In this document: one piece after another, positions 8,398-19,107 of the stretch
How the letters are laid out: each line of letters begins with the position of its first letter
How positions within the stretch are numbered: the first letter of the stretch is position 1
NCBI GenBank assembly: GCA_963674705.1
Contig: OY771506.1
Location: 1,408,001 to 1,472,000, forward strand
Direction: 5' to 3'
Length of the DNA stretch: 64,000 bases
From: Phycisphaeraceae bacterium
Lineage (GTDB): Bacteria; Planctomycetota; Phycisphaerae; Phycisphaerales; Phycisphaeraceae
Notes under the pieces: generated by a model
What the model was told of the DNA's origin: nothing
Databases searched by the model: none
The model's input: only the letters and a program-made list of their open reading frames with translations
Made by a program: the position numbers and the translations under genes

Positions 8398-10764
8398 CTA
8401 CAGTTTGAACGTCGATACCAACGCCTGTAATTGCTCTGCCTTAGTCGAAAGTTGTGTTGCGGCCGTGGCCGACTGCGTCGCGCTTTCGGCGCTCTGGTTC
8501 GTGACAGCACTCACCGATTGCACGCCGTGACTCACCTCTTCGCTCGCCGCTGACTGCTGCTCCGCCGCCGCCGCGATCGAGCGGATCATCTCCGCCACTT
8601 CATGAGCACCTGTCACGATCTGGTCCAGGCTCTGGCCTGCCTGCGACGCCTTTTCAACACCGATCTTCACCTGCTCAATACCGGCATTCATCCGCTGCAC
8701 AGCCTGGTCGGTTTCCGTCTGTATCGAGGTGATCGAATCGCTGATCTCTTCGGTGGCGTTCGTCGTGCGATCCGCCAGCTTGCGTACCTCATCCGCGACC
8801 ACCGCGAAACCTCGGCCGTGCTCGCCGGCGCGGGCCGCCTCAATCGCCGCGTTCAACGCCAGCAGGTTCGTCTGATCGGCAATATCGTTGATTACCTCGA
8901 TGATCTGGCCGATCTGCTCGCCGCGCTTGCCCAATTCAGACACGCTCATCGCGCTGGCGTTCACCGCTTCGCTGATCTCGTTCATCCCTTCAATCGTCTC
9001 GTTGACCACGCGCCCGCCTTCCTGCGCGGTATTGCCCGAAGACTGCGCGTTCTCCGCCGCCTCCGAACTCTTGCGGGCCACCTCGACGATCGACGATGAC
9101 ATCTCCTCAATAGCCGAACTGATCTGCGTCACCTGCTGGTTCTGCTCGCTGATGCCTTGGGCCATCTCTTCGCTGCTCGCCGCGATCTCGGTCGCAGCGC
9201 CCGCGACCTCGTTCGCCGCCTCGCCGACCTCGGACACCAGGCGATGGATCTTTTCAACGAACGTGTTGAACCACTTGCCTAACTCGCCCAGCTCATCCTT
9301 GCGATCCTGATCGACGCGCTGCGTCAGGTCGCCTTCACCTTCTGCAATATCCTTCAAACGGTCGACCACACTGGCGATACCCTTCGTCACCGTGCGGATC
9401 AACACGATACTCACGCCCAGCGCCACCACCACCGCTATCACGCTGATGAGGATGGCCTTGAACTGGCTCGCCTTCGCGTTGCTGTCCATCGTGGACTGCA
9501 GTTCACTCTGCTGCTCGCCCATCACGCTTACCAGGTCGTCCGCCGTCGCAGCGATCTTCGGCCCGATCTGATCCAGTTGATTCAAAACAATATCATTGCG
9601 CTGATTCAACAACTCGATCAATCGCTCCACACGGGCCGCGTAAAAATCGTAACCGCCCTTCGCTTCAGCTAACCACTTCAACCGCACCGGGTTCTCCACG
9701 CTGGTTTCAAGCACGCCAAGATCCGCCTCGCCGCTCTGCAGATACTCGATCGCAGCTTTCGCATCGTTCTGATCGCTTGTTCGCAGGAACTTCATCACGT
9801 TCACACGCGCCAGCGCCAGCTTCTCCAGTGTGTTGGCGGCGTCCAGCGACGTTTCCATGTCGCCGTCCTGCTTGGCCGTCTTGATGATCGCCTGCAGCAG
9901 TTCCGTCAGCCGCGCACCCGTTGGGTTCATCTGGCTCGCCACGATGCCGTTGCGTTCATCGATGACACCGACGACATCAGCAAAATGTGATTCATACGAA
10001 TCAACCATCTCGAGAATCTCATTGATCCGCTTAAGACGCTCGCCGTCTTCTTCCCCGGCCTTCGCCGCCGCGAGCTTCGCCTCCGCGTTTGCCAGGTAAT
10101 CCGAGTACTGCTGCAGGTCCAGGTCTGAATTCGTGATCAGAAAATCCTTCACGTTCATCCGTACCATCAGCACATCGCGCTGAAGCAGCCCGATCAGGCC
10201 CGACTTGTTCGCGATATCCGCATACTGGCGTGAATCCATCGTGTTCTGGTTCTGCGATGAAATCGCGATCGTACTCACCAGTAGGATCAGCCCGGCCATC
10301 ACGCCCATGCTCGAACAAAGCTTCGCACCCAGCGTAAAGCCGCGCCGCGTCTCGCCGTTGCCGCTCTTGATGCTCGCAAGCTTCAGGCTCATCAGCACCG
10401 TTATCACGAACGTGCCCACGATCACCGACCAGAACACGTAAACCATCGTCGAAGACACCGCCTCGACCTCATGCTTCTGGACCGCATCCGCCTTCCCCGC
10501 CTCGGCCCCGAACGCCGCACGCTCCGCCACTGCAATCGTCGGCTCAGCAAACTGCCCCGCCGTGCCCAACTGCGCCGCCAGCACATTCAACTCCCCGGAC
10601 CCGCCCGCATGCTGAACATACGCCGCGTCCGCGCCGCCGCTCTTCGCAGCGCCGGGCAATGACTGCTCCGCATACGCCGACGACGTGAATATCAGTGTGA
10701 TCAAGAAAGTTGAGATACACCAGACGATCGCAGAACCGCGTTTGTTCGTTGCGCACTTTAACAT
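8398..10764 (-). CDS. methyl-accepting chemotaxis protein (helical periplasmic sensor, HAMP, MA domain)
   Basis: [37 protein letters not shown] signature; [15 protein letters not shown]; start 10764 chosen for its GGAGG RBS. Confidence 0.95.
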   Translation of the reverse strand: MLKCATNKRGSAIVWCISTFLITLIFTSSAYAEQSLPGAAKSGGADAAYVQHAGGSGELNVLAAQLGTAGQFAEPTIAVAERAAFGAEAGKADAVQKHEVEAVSSTMVYVFWSVIVGTFVITVLMSLKLASIKSGNGETRRGFTLGAKLCSSMGVMAGLILLVSTIAISSQNQNTMDSRQYADIANKSGLIGLLQRDVLMVRMNVKDFLITNSDLDLQQYSDYLANAEAKLAAAKAGEEDGERLKRINEILEMVDSYESHFADVVGVIDERNGIVASQMNPTGARLTELLQAIIKTAKQDGDMETSLDAANTLEKLALARVNVMKFLRTSDQNDAKAAIEYLQSGEADLGVLETSVENPVRLKWLAEAKGGYDFYAARVERLIELLNQRNDIVLNQLDQIGPKIAATADDLVSVMGEQQSELQSTMDSNAKASQFKAILISVIAVVVALGVSIVLIRTVTKGIASVVDRLKDIAEGEGDLTQRVDQDRKDELGELGKWFNTFVEKIHRLVSEVGEAANEVAGAATEIAASSEEMAQGISEQNQQVTQISSAIEEMSSSIVEVARKSSEAAENAQSSGNTAQEGGRVVNETIEGMNEISEAVNASAMSVSELGKRGEQIGQIIEVINDIADQTNLLALNAAIEAARAGEHGRGFAVVADEVRKLADRTTNATEEISDSITSIQTETDQAVQRMNAGIEQVKIGVEKASQAGQSLDQIVTGAHEVAEMIRSIAAAAEQQSAASEEVSHGVQSVSAVTNQSAESATQSATAATQLSTKAEQLQALVSTFKL

Positions 10765-11542
10765 CGCTGACCTCCATAGCCCTGTATCAACCGCCACATG
10801 CAAACATGAGCATGTATTTCGTTCACGGATTACTCTGCTGGTTAATCGGTTTTGAATTGACAATGTTTAATCGCACTGCAAAGAAAAATCACGACCTTCT
10901 GCAAAGGGAATACCCGAAGTAAGACAAGCTTTTTATATGCAGTTCAAAATAGCCAGCGCGCCGCTGTTTGTTCAAAAACACCTTGTTTTACAGGGTATTT
11001 CTTTGCGAATGCGCGCAATACAAGTATTGTCGAAACAAAAACACACTTCGTTTTCAGTGAACAGAAATTAGATTAGTTTTTTGTGAATTGTCTTTTCTAC
11101 TCAGTCATTAAACAGGGTGTTGTGCGTCCGCGCTACGTAACTATCCCTACATATAAACCCCATCATCTCATCATGCATTACCAATTCTTCATCTTCCTCT
11201 TCACCCAATACCCGGCCATAACCCGCGCCGCTTTTGTCGGGGTTATCCCATATCTATTTAATATTCACTTCTGAATTTCCTTCACGCTCAACGCGCTTTC
11301 GTTATATAGAAAATCCCATCAATTGCGCAACTCGCCCCACTGATAAACGAAAGCGCACCAACCACCACCACCCAGCAACACCTACCCGCATTGCATCGCA
11401 ACGCGGTATCAATAATAAAAACACGTAGTGTCATCATGGTGCTATTGATCCACTCTCCCGCGGGGAGGGGGAGTAACCTTGAGGCGTTCCGCGCGTCCAT
11501 ATAGATCACTTCCCGCCCATGCATCAATAACATTGAAAGATA

Positions 11543-11780
11543 TTAGCCATTAGCGATCAGAAATTAGCATTACCATTTTCTAACTACCAGCCACCAACCA
11601 CTGACCACCAACCACTAATCCCGACTTCAGATTGAACATCGAACATTGAACATTCAAGATACCCGGCCCTTCGCTTCGCTCAGAACCGGCGTTGGGGGGA
11701 GGAGGAGCCGTTAGCCTTTAGCCACTGGCCATCAGCACAAATCCTAAATCATCAATCCTAAATCATAAATCCCCACCCCC
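11543..11780. repeat. mosaic intergenic repeat cluster
   Basis: TTAGCCA/TTAGCGA, ACCAACC and GAACATT heptamer modules + family-A repeat (11662-11696) + AAATCCT module; 11620-11696 matches 249-332. Confidence 0.85.
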
Positions 11781-11827
11781 TCCCAACTTTCCCTATCAGA
11801 CGCAACGTGTTAGCTTGTCTCGTCATC

Positions 11828-12730
11828 ATGAGTGACAAAGAAGTTCAAGCTGTAAACCCATCAACCATCTCCGTGATCCACACGGTTCAAGACATCCGCG
11901 CGCATCGTAAATCAATCCCCGGCAAGGTGGCACTCGTGCCGACGATGGGGGCGTTGCATGAGGGGCATCTTCAACACATCCGTAACTGCAAAAAGATCGC
12001 AGACCATGTCATCGTCAGCATCTTTGTGAACCCGACGCAGTTCAACGATTCGGATGACTTCAACAAGTATCCTCGCACGCTGGAGGCCGATGTCGCCAAG
12101 TGTGCAAGCGCGGGCGCGGACGCGGTGTTTGCGCCGGATGCGGATGAGATGTATCCGCCGACGCTGCTCAACGCAGCCGAGATCGATGTGCCGAAGGTCA
12201 CGTCGATCCTCGAAGGCGCGGATCGACCGGGGCATTTTCAAGGTGTCTGCCGTGTCGTTGTGAAGCTACTTAACATCGTGCAGCCGGACATCGCTTCGTT
12301 CGGGCGTAAGGATTATCAGCAGCTATGTGTTGTGCAGTCGGTCGTTGATGACCTGATGATGCCGGTGCAGATCGTGCACGTGCCGACGATCCGTGAGCCG
12401 GACGGCCTGGCGATGTCCAGCCGCAATGTCAGATTGAATGAAGCGGATCGCAAGCGCGCGGCCGGATTATTCAAAGCGCTGAACGCGGCCAAGCAAATGA
12501 TCGAACAGGATGGCGAAACCGATCCCGAGGCGGTCGAGCAGGCGATGATTTCGGTCATGCGTTCGCACCAGTTCGAGGTCGGTTACGCGGTGGTTCGTCA
12601 CCCGGTTTCGCTGGGTGAACTTTCGTGCATCGAGCCCGACCTAACCGGCGGGGTGATCGCGCTTCTGGCTGGGTCACTCGGGGGCGTCAGGCTCATCGAC
12701 AACATGCTCATTGGTGCGCACGAGGGTTAA
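11828..12730 (+). CDS. panC: pantoate--beta-alanine ligase
   Basis: VPTMGALHEGH, SIFVNPTQF, RPGHFQGV, FGRKDYQQ, REPDGLAMSSRN, RLIDN. Confidence 0.97.
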   Translation: MSDKEVQAVNPSTISVIHTVQDIRAHRKSIPGKVALVPTMGALHEGHLQHIRNCKKIADHVIVSIFVNPTQFNDSDDFNKYPRTLEADVAKCASAGADAVFAPDADEMYPPTLLNAAEIDVPKVTSILEGADRPGHFQGVCRVVVKLLNIVQPDIASFGRKDYQQLCVVQSVVDDLMMPVQIVHVPTIREPDGLAMSSRNVRLNEADRKRAAGLFKALNAAKQMIEQDGETDPEAVEQAMISVMRSHQFEVGYAVVRHPVSLGELSCIEPDLTGGVIALLAGSLGGVRLIDNMLIGAHEG

Positions 12731-12807
12731 TCACGACAGGACCGTGCGCCCGGATAGTGGTGGATAACTTTTGATCGGATTGGGCGACCCCGTTTACGAG
12801 CCGGGAA

Positions 12808-13506
12808 TCAGGGTTCGGCGGGTTCGGGATTTTTCGCTTCGGACGCGTCCGTGCGCTCAGGGGCGGATTCGGCCTCTTTTTCGTCAGACTCGCTGTGTTT
12901 TTTGGCGCGCCTTTCTGCGCGCGCGTCGATCAGATGCTGCGGAAGCCGATGCGCGATCGGCGGCTCGGGCAGCGGCTCGACAATGCTCGGATCGCCCGTG
13001 ACGCGCCCGTCGTAGCGCGTGCTGGCGTCGCCGATGACCTGGTTCGGCCGGGGCCAAAGGTCGTAGTTGTACCGTGCTGTCTGGTCGGTCGGATAGGACA
13101 GATCGAAGACGGTATTAGGCGGGATCAGGCTCAGGTAATGGCCATCGGCCGAGGGCGCGTGGTTCAGGCTCAACTCGCCGGTCTGGTCGATGACCATGTA
13201 ATCCGGCTGATCGATGTATGCGGTAAACCCTGGTCGTCGCATCATATACTGCTGCGATAGCGGGGCACCGGCAGTGAGCCAGTTGCTGTCGGCATCGGTT
13301 CGGCGGTAGAGCGTGCCGGACTGGCCGTAGACGCTGATGCCTTGTTCAACGTACCGCAGGCTGGTGGCCCGCAGGTCGAGGTCGGCGACGGTCTGGTCAA
13401 CGGGCTCCCAGGCGACGGGCTGGCTGTCCTGGCCGAACGCTGAGCCCGAGGCGGCAAACTGGGCCACGAGCGTGAGGGCGAGCGTGTTTCGGCTGAACTT
13501 TGCCAT
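12808..13506 (-). CDS. secreted hypothetical protein
   Basis: signal peptide ending AFG; 232-aa ORF. Confidence 0.7.
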   Translation of the reverse strand: MAKFSRNTLALTLVAQFAASGSAFGQDSQPVAWEPVDQTVADLDLRATSLRYVEQGISVYGQSGTLYRRTDADSNWLTAGAPLSQQYMMRRPGFTAYIDQPDYMVIDQTGELSLNHAPSADGHYLSLIPPNTVFDLSYPTDQTARYNYDLWPRPNQVIGDASTRYDGRVTGDPSIVEPLPEPPIAHRLPQHLIDARAERRAKKHSESDEKEAESAPERTDASEAKNPEPAEP

Positions 13507-13577
13507 GCGATGAACTCACCGATGTGAGCGGTGATGGGTCTGTAAGCTGTTATGTACGCCCTGGTTACGATTGGGGT

Positions 13578-14210
13578 TTACTTGGTTGCGTCTTCGGCTT
13601 CCTTGGCCTGGTCCGCTGCTTCATCCGCCATCTCGGCGGCTTCTTCAGCTTCCTTGACCTGGGCGGATTCCGTCGCTTCTTCCGTTTTCTCAGCGGCCTC
13701 GGGCTTCTCTTGCGCGGCCATGGACTGGGCCTTGGCTTCGGCGGCGGCCTCGGCGGCGACGGACTCGGGCGTCTCCATCACCGGGATCGGCGCCGCTTCC
13801 ACGGAGCCCGGCATCTCCGGAGCTGGACGGTAGTTAACGATGACACGCACGCGGGTACCGGTCAGGTCGACGCGGTCTGAATTGACCAGCACGCCTTTGC
13901 GGGATCGGCCGGTGTCGGCTGGCTGATCGTCAGCACGGTAAAGCTGCCAGTCAACCCAGCTCGGGGCGGTACCCATATCGCTGACGGTTGCCTGATCGAC
14001 ATTATTCTCGAAGTCCAGCACCAGGTTGTAGTTAACGGGGATATCCATCTCCCAGACCGATTCATTCTGGTACACGTCCAGCAGGGTGATGGTGGTCGGT
14101 CGGTGGATGGTGCTGCGGAACACGTGCTTATCGTTGGACTGGCAGCCAAAGTTGGCCAGCGTAAGGGTCAGAGCCAGCAGGATCATGAGGGCACGCTTGG
14201 AACTGAGCAT
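13578..14210 (-). CDS. putative lipoprotein with acidic Ala/Glu-rich tail
   Basis: AAAGGA RBS, signal peptide with lipobox-like NFGC, low-complexity C-terminus. Confidence 0.75.
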   Translation of the reverse strand: MLSSKRALMILLALTLTLANFGCQSNDKHVFRSTIHRPTTITLLDVYQNESVWEMDIPVNYNLVLDFENNVDQATVSDMGTAPSWVDWQLYRADDQPADTGRSRKGVLVNSDRVDLTGTRVRVIVNYRPAPEMPGSVEAAPIPVMETPESVAAEAAAEAKAQSMAAQEKPEAAEKTEEATESAQVKEAEEAAEMADEAADQAKEAEDATK

Positions 14211-14390
14211 CGGTCGGGTCCTTTCAGTCAAATCGGGTCGGCCCGGCGCCGGGCCCGTCCATGGTCTACAGGTTACATACGATAATCCGAGCACGGCCGT
14301 TAAGCCAGCGCCCCTTTTCATGAGCAAGTCGGCGTACCGGTGCCGCTGGGTCCAGTACACGTGGTGCATTCCATACTATAGGACCAAGAC

Positions 14391-15503
14391 TTAGTACTTT
14401 TCGCGGTACTTCGACGGACTGATGCCCACCATCTTGTGGAAGGTGGCGGTGAAGTGTCCGTGGCTTGCGAATCCACAAAGGTTGGAGATTTCCCCAATCT
14501 GTTCACGGCTGGCGCGCAGCAACCACTTGGCGTGCTGCAGTTGCGTCCGCAGCAGGTAGTGCTTCGGGCTGATCAGCGCGAAGCGGCTGAACAAACGGTG
14601 GAAGTGGAACGGGCTGGTGTCGACAAACTCGGCCAGTTCGTTGAGGCCGGGCGTCTTCACGAAGTGATCGCTGAGGTAACCCATCGCGATCGCGGTGCGT
14701 TCATCTTCAACCAGACCAACCGCGGGCAGGTCGTCTTTTTCCGACGGACGCAGTTCGACATACAAGTGGCGCTGATCGATGCCGCGGCCTGCGCGGTTTC
14801 GGCAGAAGCAGATCCACGTTGCTTTGCCGTCGAGGTTCAGCGTCATCTCGTGCATGTCCTGATCTTTGATATCTTTCCAACGTTGATCGGCGACGGGTTG
14901 AAGCTGTTCGGCCAGGTCGTTGAGTATCTGTGGCGCCTTCAAGAACATCGCTTCGCAGCGCGGGTCGGCGTGGATGAGTCGGTTGTCTTCGCCGAGCAGA
15001 AGTCGGCAGAGGTCGGGTTCGCCGGTGTGATCGAACTGGCTGCGTACCATGCTCAGCGCGAGGTCGCCCTGCACGAGTTCGCTATCGGAAAATTCACGTG
15101 TTTTTCGGCCCAAAGCGAGGTACCAGAATCGTTCGGCGCCGTTGACCGCCGGCTGCATGAAGATGGCGGCATGTTTTGAGGTAGCCAGCGCGGGCCCGGA
15201 GCCGTTCCTTGCATGTTTACCAGTGGCGACGCCTTTCTTCCCTGCTTCGCGCAGCAACGTGTCGCCCTGGCAACCACGTTTGCACCAGTCGATCACTTCG
15301 GCGCCCTTCGGGCCGAGGATGGATAACAACTCGTCGGGTTTGGGTTGACAAGGATGGATGACGCCCAGCACCAACGCATCGACACCGAGGTCGCGTTTGA
15401 GATTGTTGGCGTACATACCGGGACCTTCGCGCCAAGGCACAACCGCCCCTGAAGAACTGTCCGATGAAAGTGACTTCACGTGAATACCCTCTAAGTGACA
15501 CAC
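14391..15503 (-). CDS. AraC-family transcriptional regulator
   Basis: C-terminal double HTH: LAEFVDTSPFHFHRLF...IGEISNLCGFASHGHFTATFHKMVGISPSKYR; start uncertain. Confidence 0.9.
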   Translation of the reverse strand: MCHLEGIHVKSLSSDSSSGAVVPWREGPGMYANNLKRDLGVDALVLGVIHPCQPKPDELLSILGPKGAEVIDWCKRGCQGDTLLREAGKKGVATGKHARNGSGPALATSKHAAIFMQPAVNGAERFWYLALGRKTREFSDSELVQGDLALSMVRSQFDHTGEPDLCRLLLGEDNRLIHADPRCEAMFLKAPQILNDLAEQLQPVADQRWKDIKDQDMHEMTLNLDGKATWICFCRNRAGRGIDQRHLYVELRPSEKDDLPAVGLVEDERTAIAMGYLSDHFVKTPGLNELAEFVDTSPFHFHRLFSRFALISPKHYLLRTQLQHAKWLLRASREQIGEISNLCGFASHGHFTATFHKMVGISPSKYREKY

Positions 15504-15666
15504 AAGCCCACACGCTGCTTACGGCAAGCAGACATTGGTAGGACAGAGGGGGTTCGTTGCGACGAATTTCGAGAGCGAAATATAGCCACCCCCCCGAAAT
15601 CCATATGAAACTTTAGCCAGAATTCATAAATCCCACAACTCTTATTATGGTTTTTCGGCAATAAAT

Positions 15667-16191
15667 TTACGAATTTGTCTGCCAGGGTCCGGTATCGTCG
15701 GCGGGTTGTTCAACACGCCAGCGCAGGCCGTCGCGGCAGTCGATATGTGCCATGAAAAAATGACGGCGGTAGCGCCAGAACAATGGCCAGATTACATACC
15801 GGTCGGTTTCGGGGATAGATAGTTGACTGATAGTGTTTTGGGTGTGCCACTCGAGTACGCCTTCGTCCATCTCGCCGGCGGTCACATTTGCGGGATGAAT
15901 TAATTCGTATAAATACATCAGCCAATGAGACTGGTTTTCATACCCGGTTTCGGAAATGATGCCGGTCAGATGCAGATCGCCAGGGGTAATCACCAGCCCG
16001 GTTTCTTCGAATACTTCTCGGATAGCACACGCGGTCGGGCTTTCGCCGTCCGCCATTTCGAGCTTGCCGCCGATCGGTGAATAGAGGTCCTGATTCGGCT
16101 GTTTTTTCCGATGTAACAGCAATACATTGCCCTGCTCGTCGAAGAGGTAACAGAGGACGGCGATCTTGTAGGGCAAGGATTTGTCGGGCAT
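15667..16191 (-). CDS. NUDIX hydrolase (MutT-like)
   Basis: Nudix box GGKLE...GESPTACAIREVFEETGL. Confidence 0.9.
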   Translation of the reverse strand: MPDKSLPYKIAVLCYLFDEQGNVLLLHRKKQPNQDLYSPIGGKLEMADGESPTACAIREVFEETGLVITPGDLHLTGIISETGYENQSHWLMYLYELIHPANVTAGEMDEGVLEWHTQNTISQLSIPETDRYVIWPLFWRYRRHFFMAHIDCRDGLRWRVEQPADDTGPWQTNS

Positions 16192-16332
16192 TCTGCAGGG
16201 TGTGGGGTGTAGGGTGTAGGGTAGGAATTAGGATTTTATTTTTCCCAACGCCGGTCCTGAGCGCAGCGAAGGGGCGGGTATCTTTGTGTTGTATCGGCAG
16301 AGGCGCGCGAGCCGGCGGCTCGCGGCTAGGGC

Positions 16333-17325
16333 TTAGTCGGTGAGGGTGGTGGGATCGGGGCGGAAGAGCTTGGTGTCGAGCGCCCAGATTTTTTCGGTGA
16401 AGTCGCCGCCGAGGTCGGTGGGTTTGCCGTCATCGTTGCGTGCGGCGCTGATAGCCATGTTCATCTTGGCGTCCAGGTTATCGAGGATGCTGATGGCGAT
16501 GGCTTCGGGTGTGGCGGGGATCTTCACCGCGCCGAACTCGGGGACGCCGTGGTGCGAAAGGATGATGTGCATGAGCACGCGGAGGATGGGCGTGGGGATC
16601 GTGACATCGAACTCTTCGCAGGCCTTGGCTTTGGCTTCGAGGATAAGTGCGCCGCGGGCGATGTGGCCGATGAGTTGGCCGTCCTCGGAGTAGCCGAAGC
16701 CGTTTTCCCAGGTCAGTTCCTCGCACTTGCCCAGGTCGTGCAGGAACAGGCCGAACATGATGATGTCGCGGTTGAGTTTGGGATAGAGCGGGCAGAAAGC
16801 GTTGGCGAGTTTCATCAGGCCCAGCGTGTGTTCAAGCAGCCCGCCGAGGTAGGCATGGTGCAGGGTCATGGCGGCGGGCGCTTTGCAGAACTTGTCCATC
16901 AGCTGGCCGTCTTCAAGGTAGCGGTTGGCCAGCTCTTTGATGGCGGGATTCTCCAGCGACTGCAGGAAGCTGAGCACCTCGGAGAACATCTGGTCGATGT
17001 CGTACTCGGTCGAGGGCAGCAGGTCGACGAGGTCAGAAGCGCTGGGCTCGTAGGGGCGGATGTCGTGGATGATGATCTGCATCTCGCCCTGATAGGGTTG
17101 TGTTTGCCCGGCGATCCAGACGAAGCCGTCGGTGGGCAGTGTCTGGAACTGTTCTTCGGAGGTGTTCCACATCCTGCCGGGGGTCCTGCCGGTCTTGTCA
17201 GCGAGCAGGCACTTGATGAAGGGCTTGCCGTTCTTGGTCTTGCCGAGTTGGCAGTTTTGGACGGCGAAAACACCGTCGATGTTCTGTGCGGCTTGTAAGT
17301 CACGGATATAAATGCGCTCGGGCAC
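16333..17325 (-). CDS. yhaM: 3'-5' exoribonuclease YhaM family (OB fold + HD domain)
   Basis: N-terminal OB fold, APAAMTLHHAYLGGLLEHT, LHDLGK, HIILSHHG..EFG. Confidence 0.9.
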   Translation of the reverse strand: MPERIYIRDLQAAQNIDGVFAVQNCQLGKTKNGKPFIKCLLADKTGRTPGRMWNTSEEQFQTLPTDGFVWIAGQTQPYQGEMQIIIHDIRPYEPSASDLVDLLPSTEYDIDQMFSEVLSFLQSLENPAIKELANRYLEDGQLMDKFCKAPAAMTLHHAYLGGLLEHTLGLMKLANAFCPLYPKLNRDIIMFGLFLHDLGKCEELTWENGFGYSEDGQLIGHIARGALILEAKAKACEEFDVTIPTPILRVLMHIILSHHGVPEFGAVKIPATPEAIAISILDNLDAKMNMAISAARNDDGKPTDLGGDFTEKIWALDTKLFRPDPTTLTD

Positions 17326-17559
17326 GGGCGAATCCTTCCGAAAACGGGGTTTATCAGCGAATTAAGCATGATAGCTGTTTAGCGGGTGGCTTGCCCGGAG
17401 GGGAAGGGATGTGTAACCACAGAGGCACAGAGGGCACAGAGAAGAGCTGTAGGTGAGGTATCCGCGGATTGCGGGAAGGTTGCAGATTGGAGGTATACGG
17501 CGCGCAAGCTGGCAGCTTGCGGCTATGGGGGCACGAGGGTGGAATTTGTCCGGCTTGCG

Positions 17560-17958
17560 TTATTTATCAATCGCATATGCGACCCAGCCGTTCGCCAGGG
17601 CGATTAATTCGATCGCGACAACCGTAATAAGCACGGCGGGTTGTGACGTGGGGCTTTCAGATGCGAGAATGGCCAGAAGTGCTATTCCCCAGCCAATCAT
17701 AAAAAAGGCTGAAGATAAGCCAAGAAAGATCGTGTAGTGGAGGCGGAAGTTTTTCTTTTTCGCGGCGACAAACACTCCCCATCCGACATATACGGATACG
17801 ATAATTCCACCCACAATGATGTCAAAGAGATCGAGGGTGTTGTCGTTGAGAATAATCCCCGCCACATCCACCAGGAGAATAGCGCCTGCGATACTCAATG
17901 CTGACAGCCGGGCATATCTGTGCTGAACGCGGTTAATACCCTCTGAGGCAAGATCCAT
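17560..17958 (-). CDS. small four-TM membrane protein
   Basis: four hydrophobic segments; more AT-rich than the flanks; start could be 17988. Confidence 0.6.
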   Translation of the reverse strand: MDLASEGINRVQHRYARLSALSIAGAILLVDVAGIILNDNTLDLFDIIVGGIIVSVYVGWGVFVAAKKKNFRLHYTIFLGLSSAFFMIGWGIALLAILASESPTSQPAVLITVVAIELIALANGWVAYAIDK

Positions 17959-18226
17959 GGAAGTACCCTCGGGGATAAGATGATGCACTGAATCATCTCT
18001 ATATGGGCTGAAGTGGTCAAGCGAGTTAATAAACTCCTGGTTGGGGGTGAAGATTCAACCGCGGAGCACGCAGAGGGCGCAGAGAGGAGAAGGCGGGTTG
18101 GGATAGAACCACAGAGGCGAGGAGGCACGGAGATGCAAAAGCACAGGGAAGATAAGCAGCGATGGTAAGAAGCGGGCGGAGGTATCTGTAGATCGGACGG
18201 CCGCGCACGGTGGCGATACGCTATGA

Positions 18227-18255
18227 GACATCTAATATAAGTTATATTAGATGTC
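18227..18255. repeat. perfect AT-rich palindrome, copy 1
   Basis: GACATCTAATATAA-G-TTATATTAGATGTC (14-bp arms). Confidence 0.95.
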
Positions 18256-18500
18256 CATTGTGCGGGGCTCAGGGGGTTTTGAACCATGGAGACCTTTGGC
18301 CGACGAGGCGACGAGGCGACGAGGCGGCGGGGGGCCGGGGGACCCGCGCCGAACGCAGGTCGGCAGGGGGTGGTATCCCGCGTCCAGCGCAGTGGGGTTT
18401 GGTGGGGTTTCAACCGTGGAGGGCGCGGGGGGCGAGGAGAAGAGTTGGAGGGGGGCAAGGCGATCGTGGATCAGGCGGTTGTGTATGCTGGTTGTTAGCC

Positions 18501-18537
18501 AAAAGACATCTAATATAAGTTATATTAGATGTCTTTT
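18501..18537. repeat. perfect AT-rich palindrome, copy 2
   Basis: AAAAGACATCTAATATAA-G-TTATATTAGATGTCTTTT (18-bp arms). Confidence 0.95.
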
Positions 18538-18777
18538 CCTTGGGGATCGGTGGGGCCTTGGGCTACTGGGTAAAGGCCTTGAACCGTGGAGACCTTCGGT
18601 CTCGGATCTCGATATTGACCTGCACACGCACAATCAACGAATACCTCGCCGCCTGTTCTTCTCTGCGCCCTCAGCGAACTCTGCGGTTGAAATCCCACCG
18701 TCTCCGATGAAGTGCGGGGCTTCGGTCGGCGGGGTCGGCAGACCCGCGCCGAGCGCGGGAATTGTGGGTTGTTGGTT

Positions 18778-18910
18778 CGCGAGCTGGCAGCTCGCGGCTA
18801 TTGGGGCGCGAGGGTGGAATTTGTTCGGCTTGTGTTATTTATCAATCGCATATGCGGCCCAGCGGGTCGCCAGGGCGAGTAATTCGATCGCAACAACCGC
18901 GATCACAAGT
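18778..18910 (-). pseudogene. diverged duplicate of the 3' end and downstream flank of the 17560-17958 gene
   Basis: aligns by eye to 17503-17633 (GAGGGTGGAATTTGT..TTATTTATCAATCGCATATGCG..CGCCAGGGCGA.TAATTCGATCGC) with scattered substitutions. Confidence 0.7.
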
Positions 18911-19107
18911 GCGGCGCGCTGTTGGAACGGAGGGGATTCGGCCGCAGAGTTCGCTGAGGGCGCAGAGCAGAGCGGGCGGTGAGGTTTCCGCAGATTGCGC
19001 AGATGTTGCAGATTAGAGGGCGCGCGAGCTGGCAGCTCATGGCTGGGGGTGTGGGTTGGTTGTATGTGACGACTTTTGGGGTGCTGATTATTGGGTACGA
19101 TATATGT

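Noticed and set aside
17503..18910. Possible DGR template/variable repeat pair
   Set aside because: Mismatches are not adenine-specific on either strand and no reverse transcriptase is present in the window.
17895..18982. Long ORFs 17895-18458(-) and 18251-18982(+)
   Set aside because: Low-complexity translations running through repeat modules and palindromes; no recognisable protein features.
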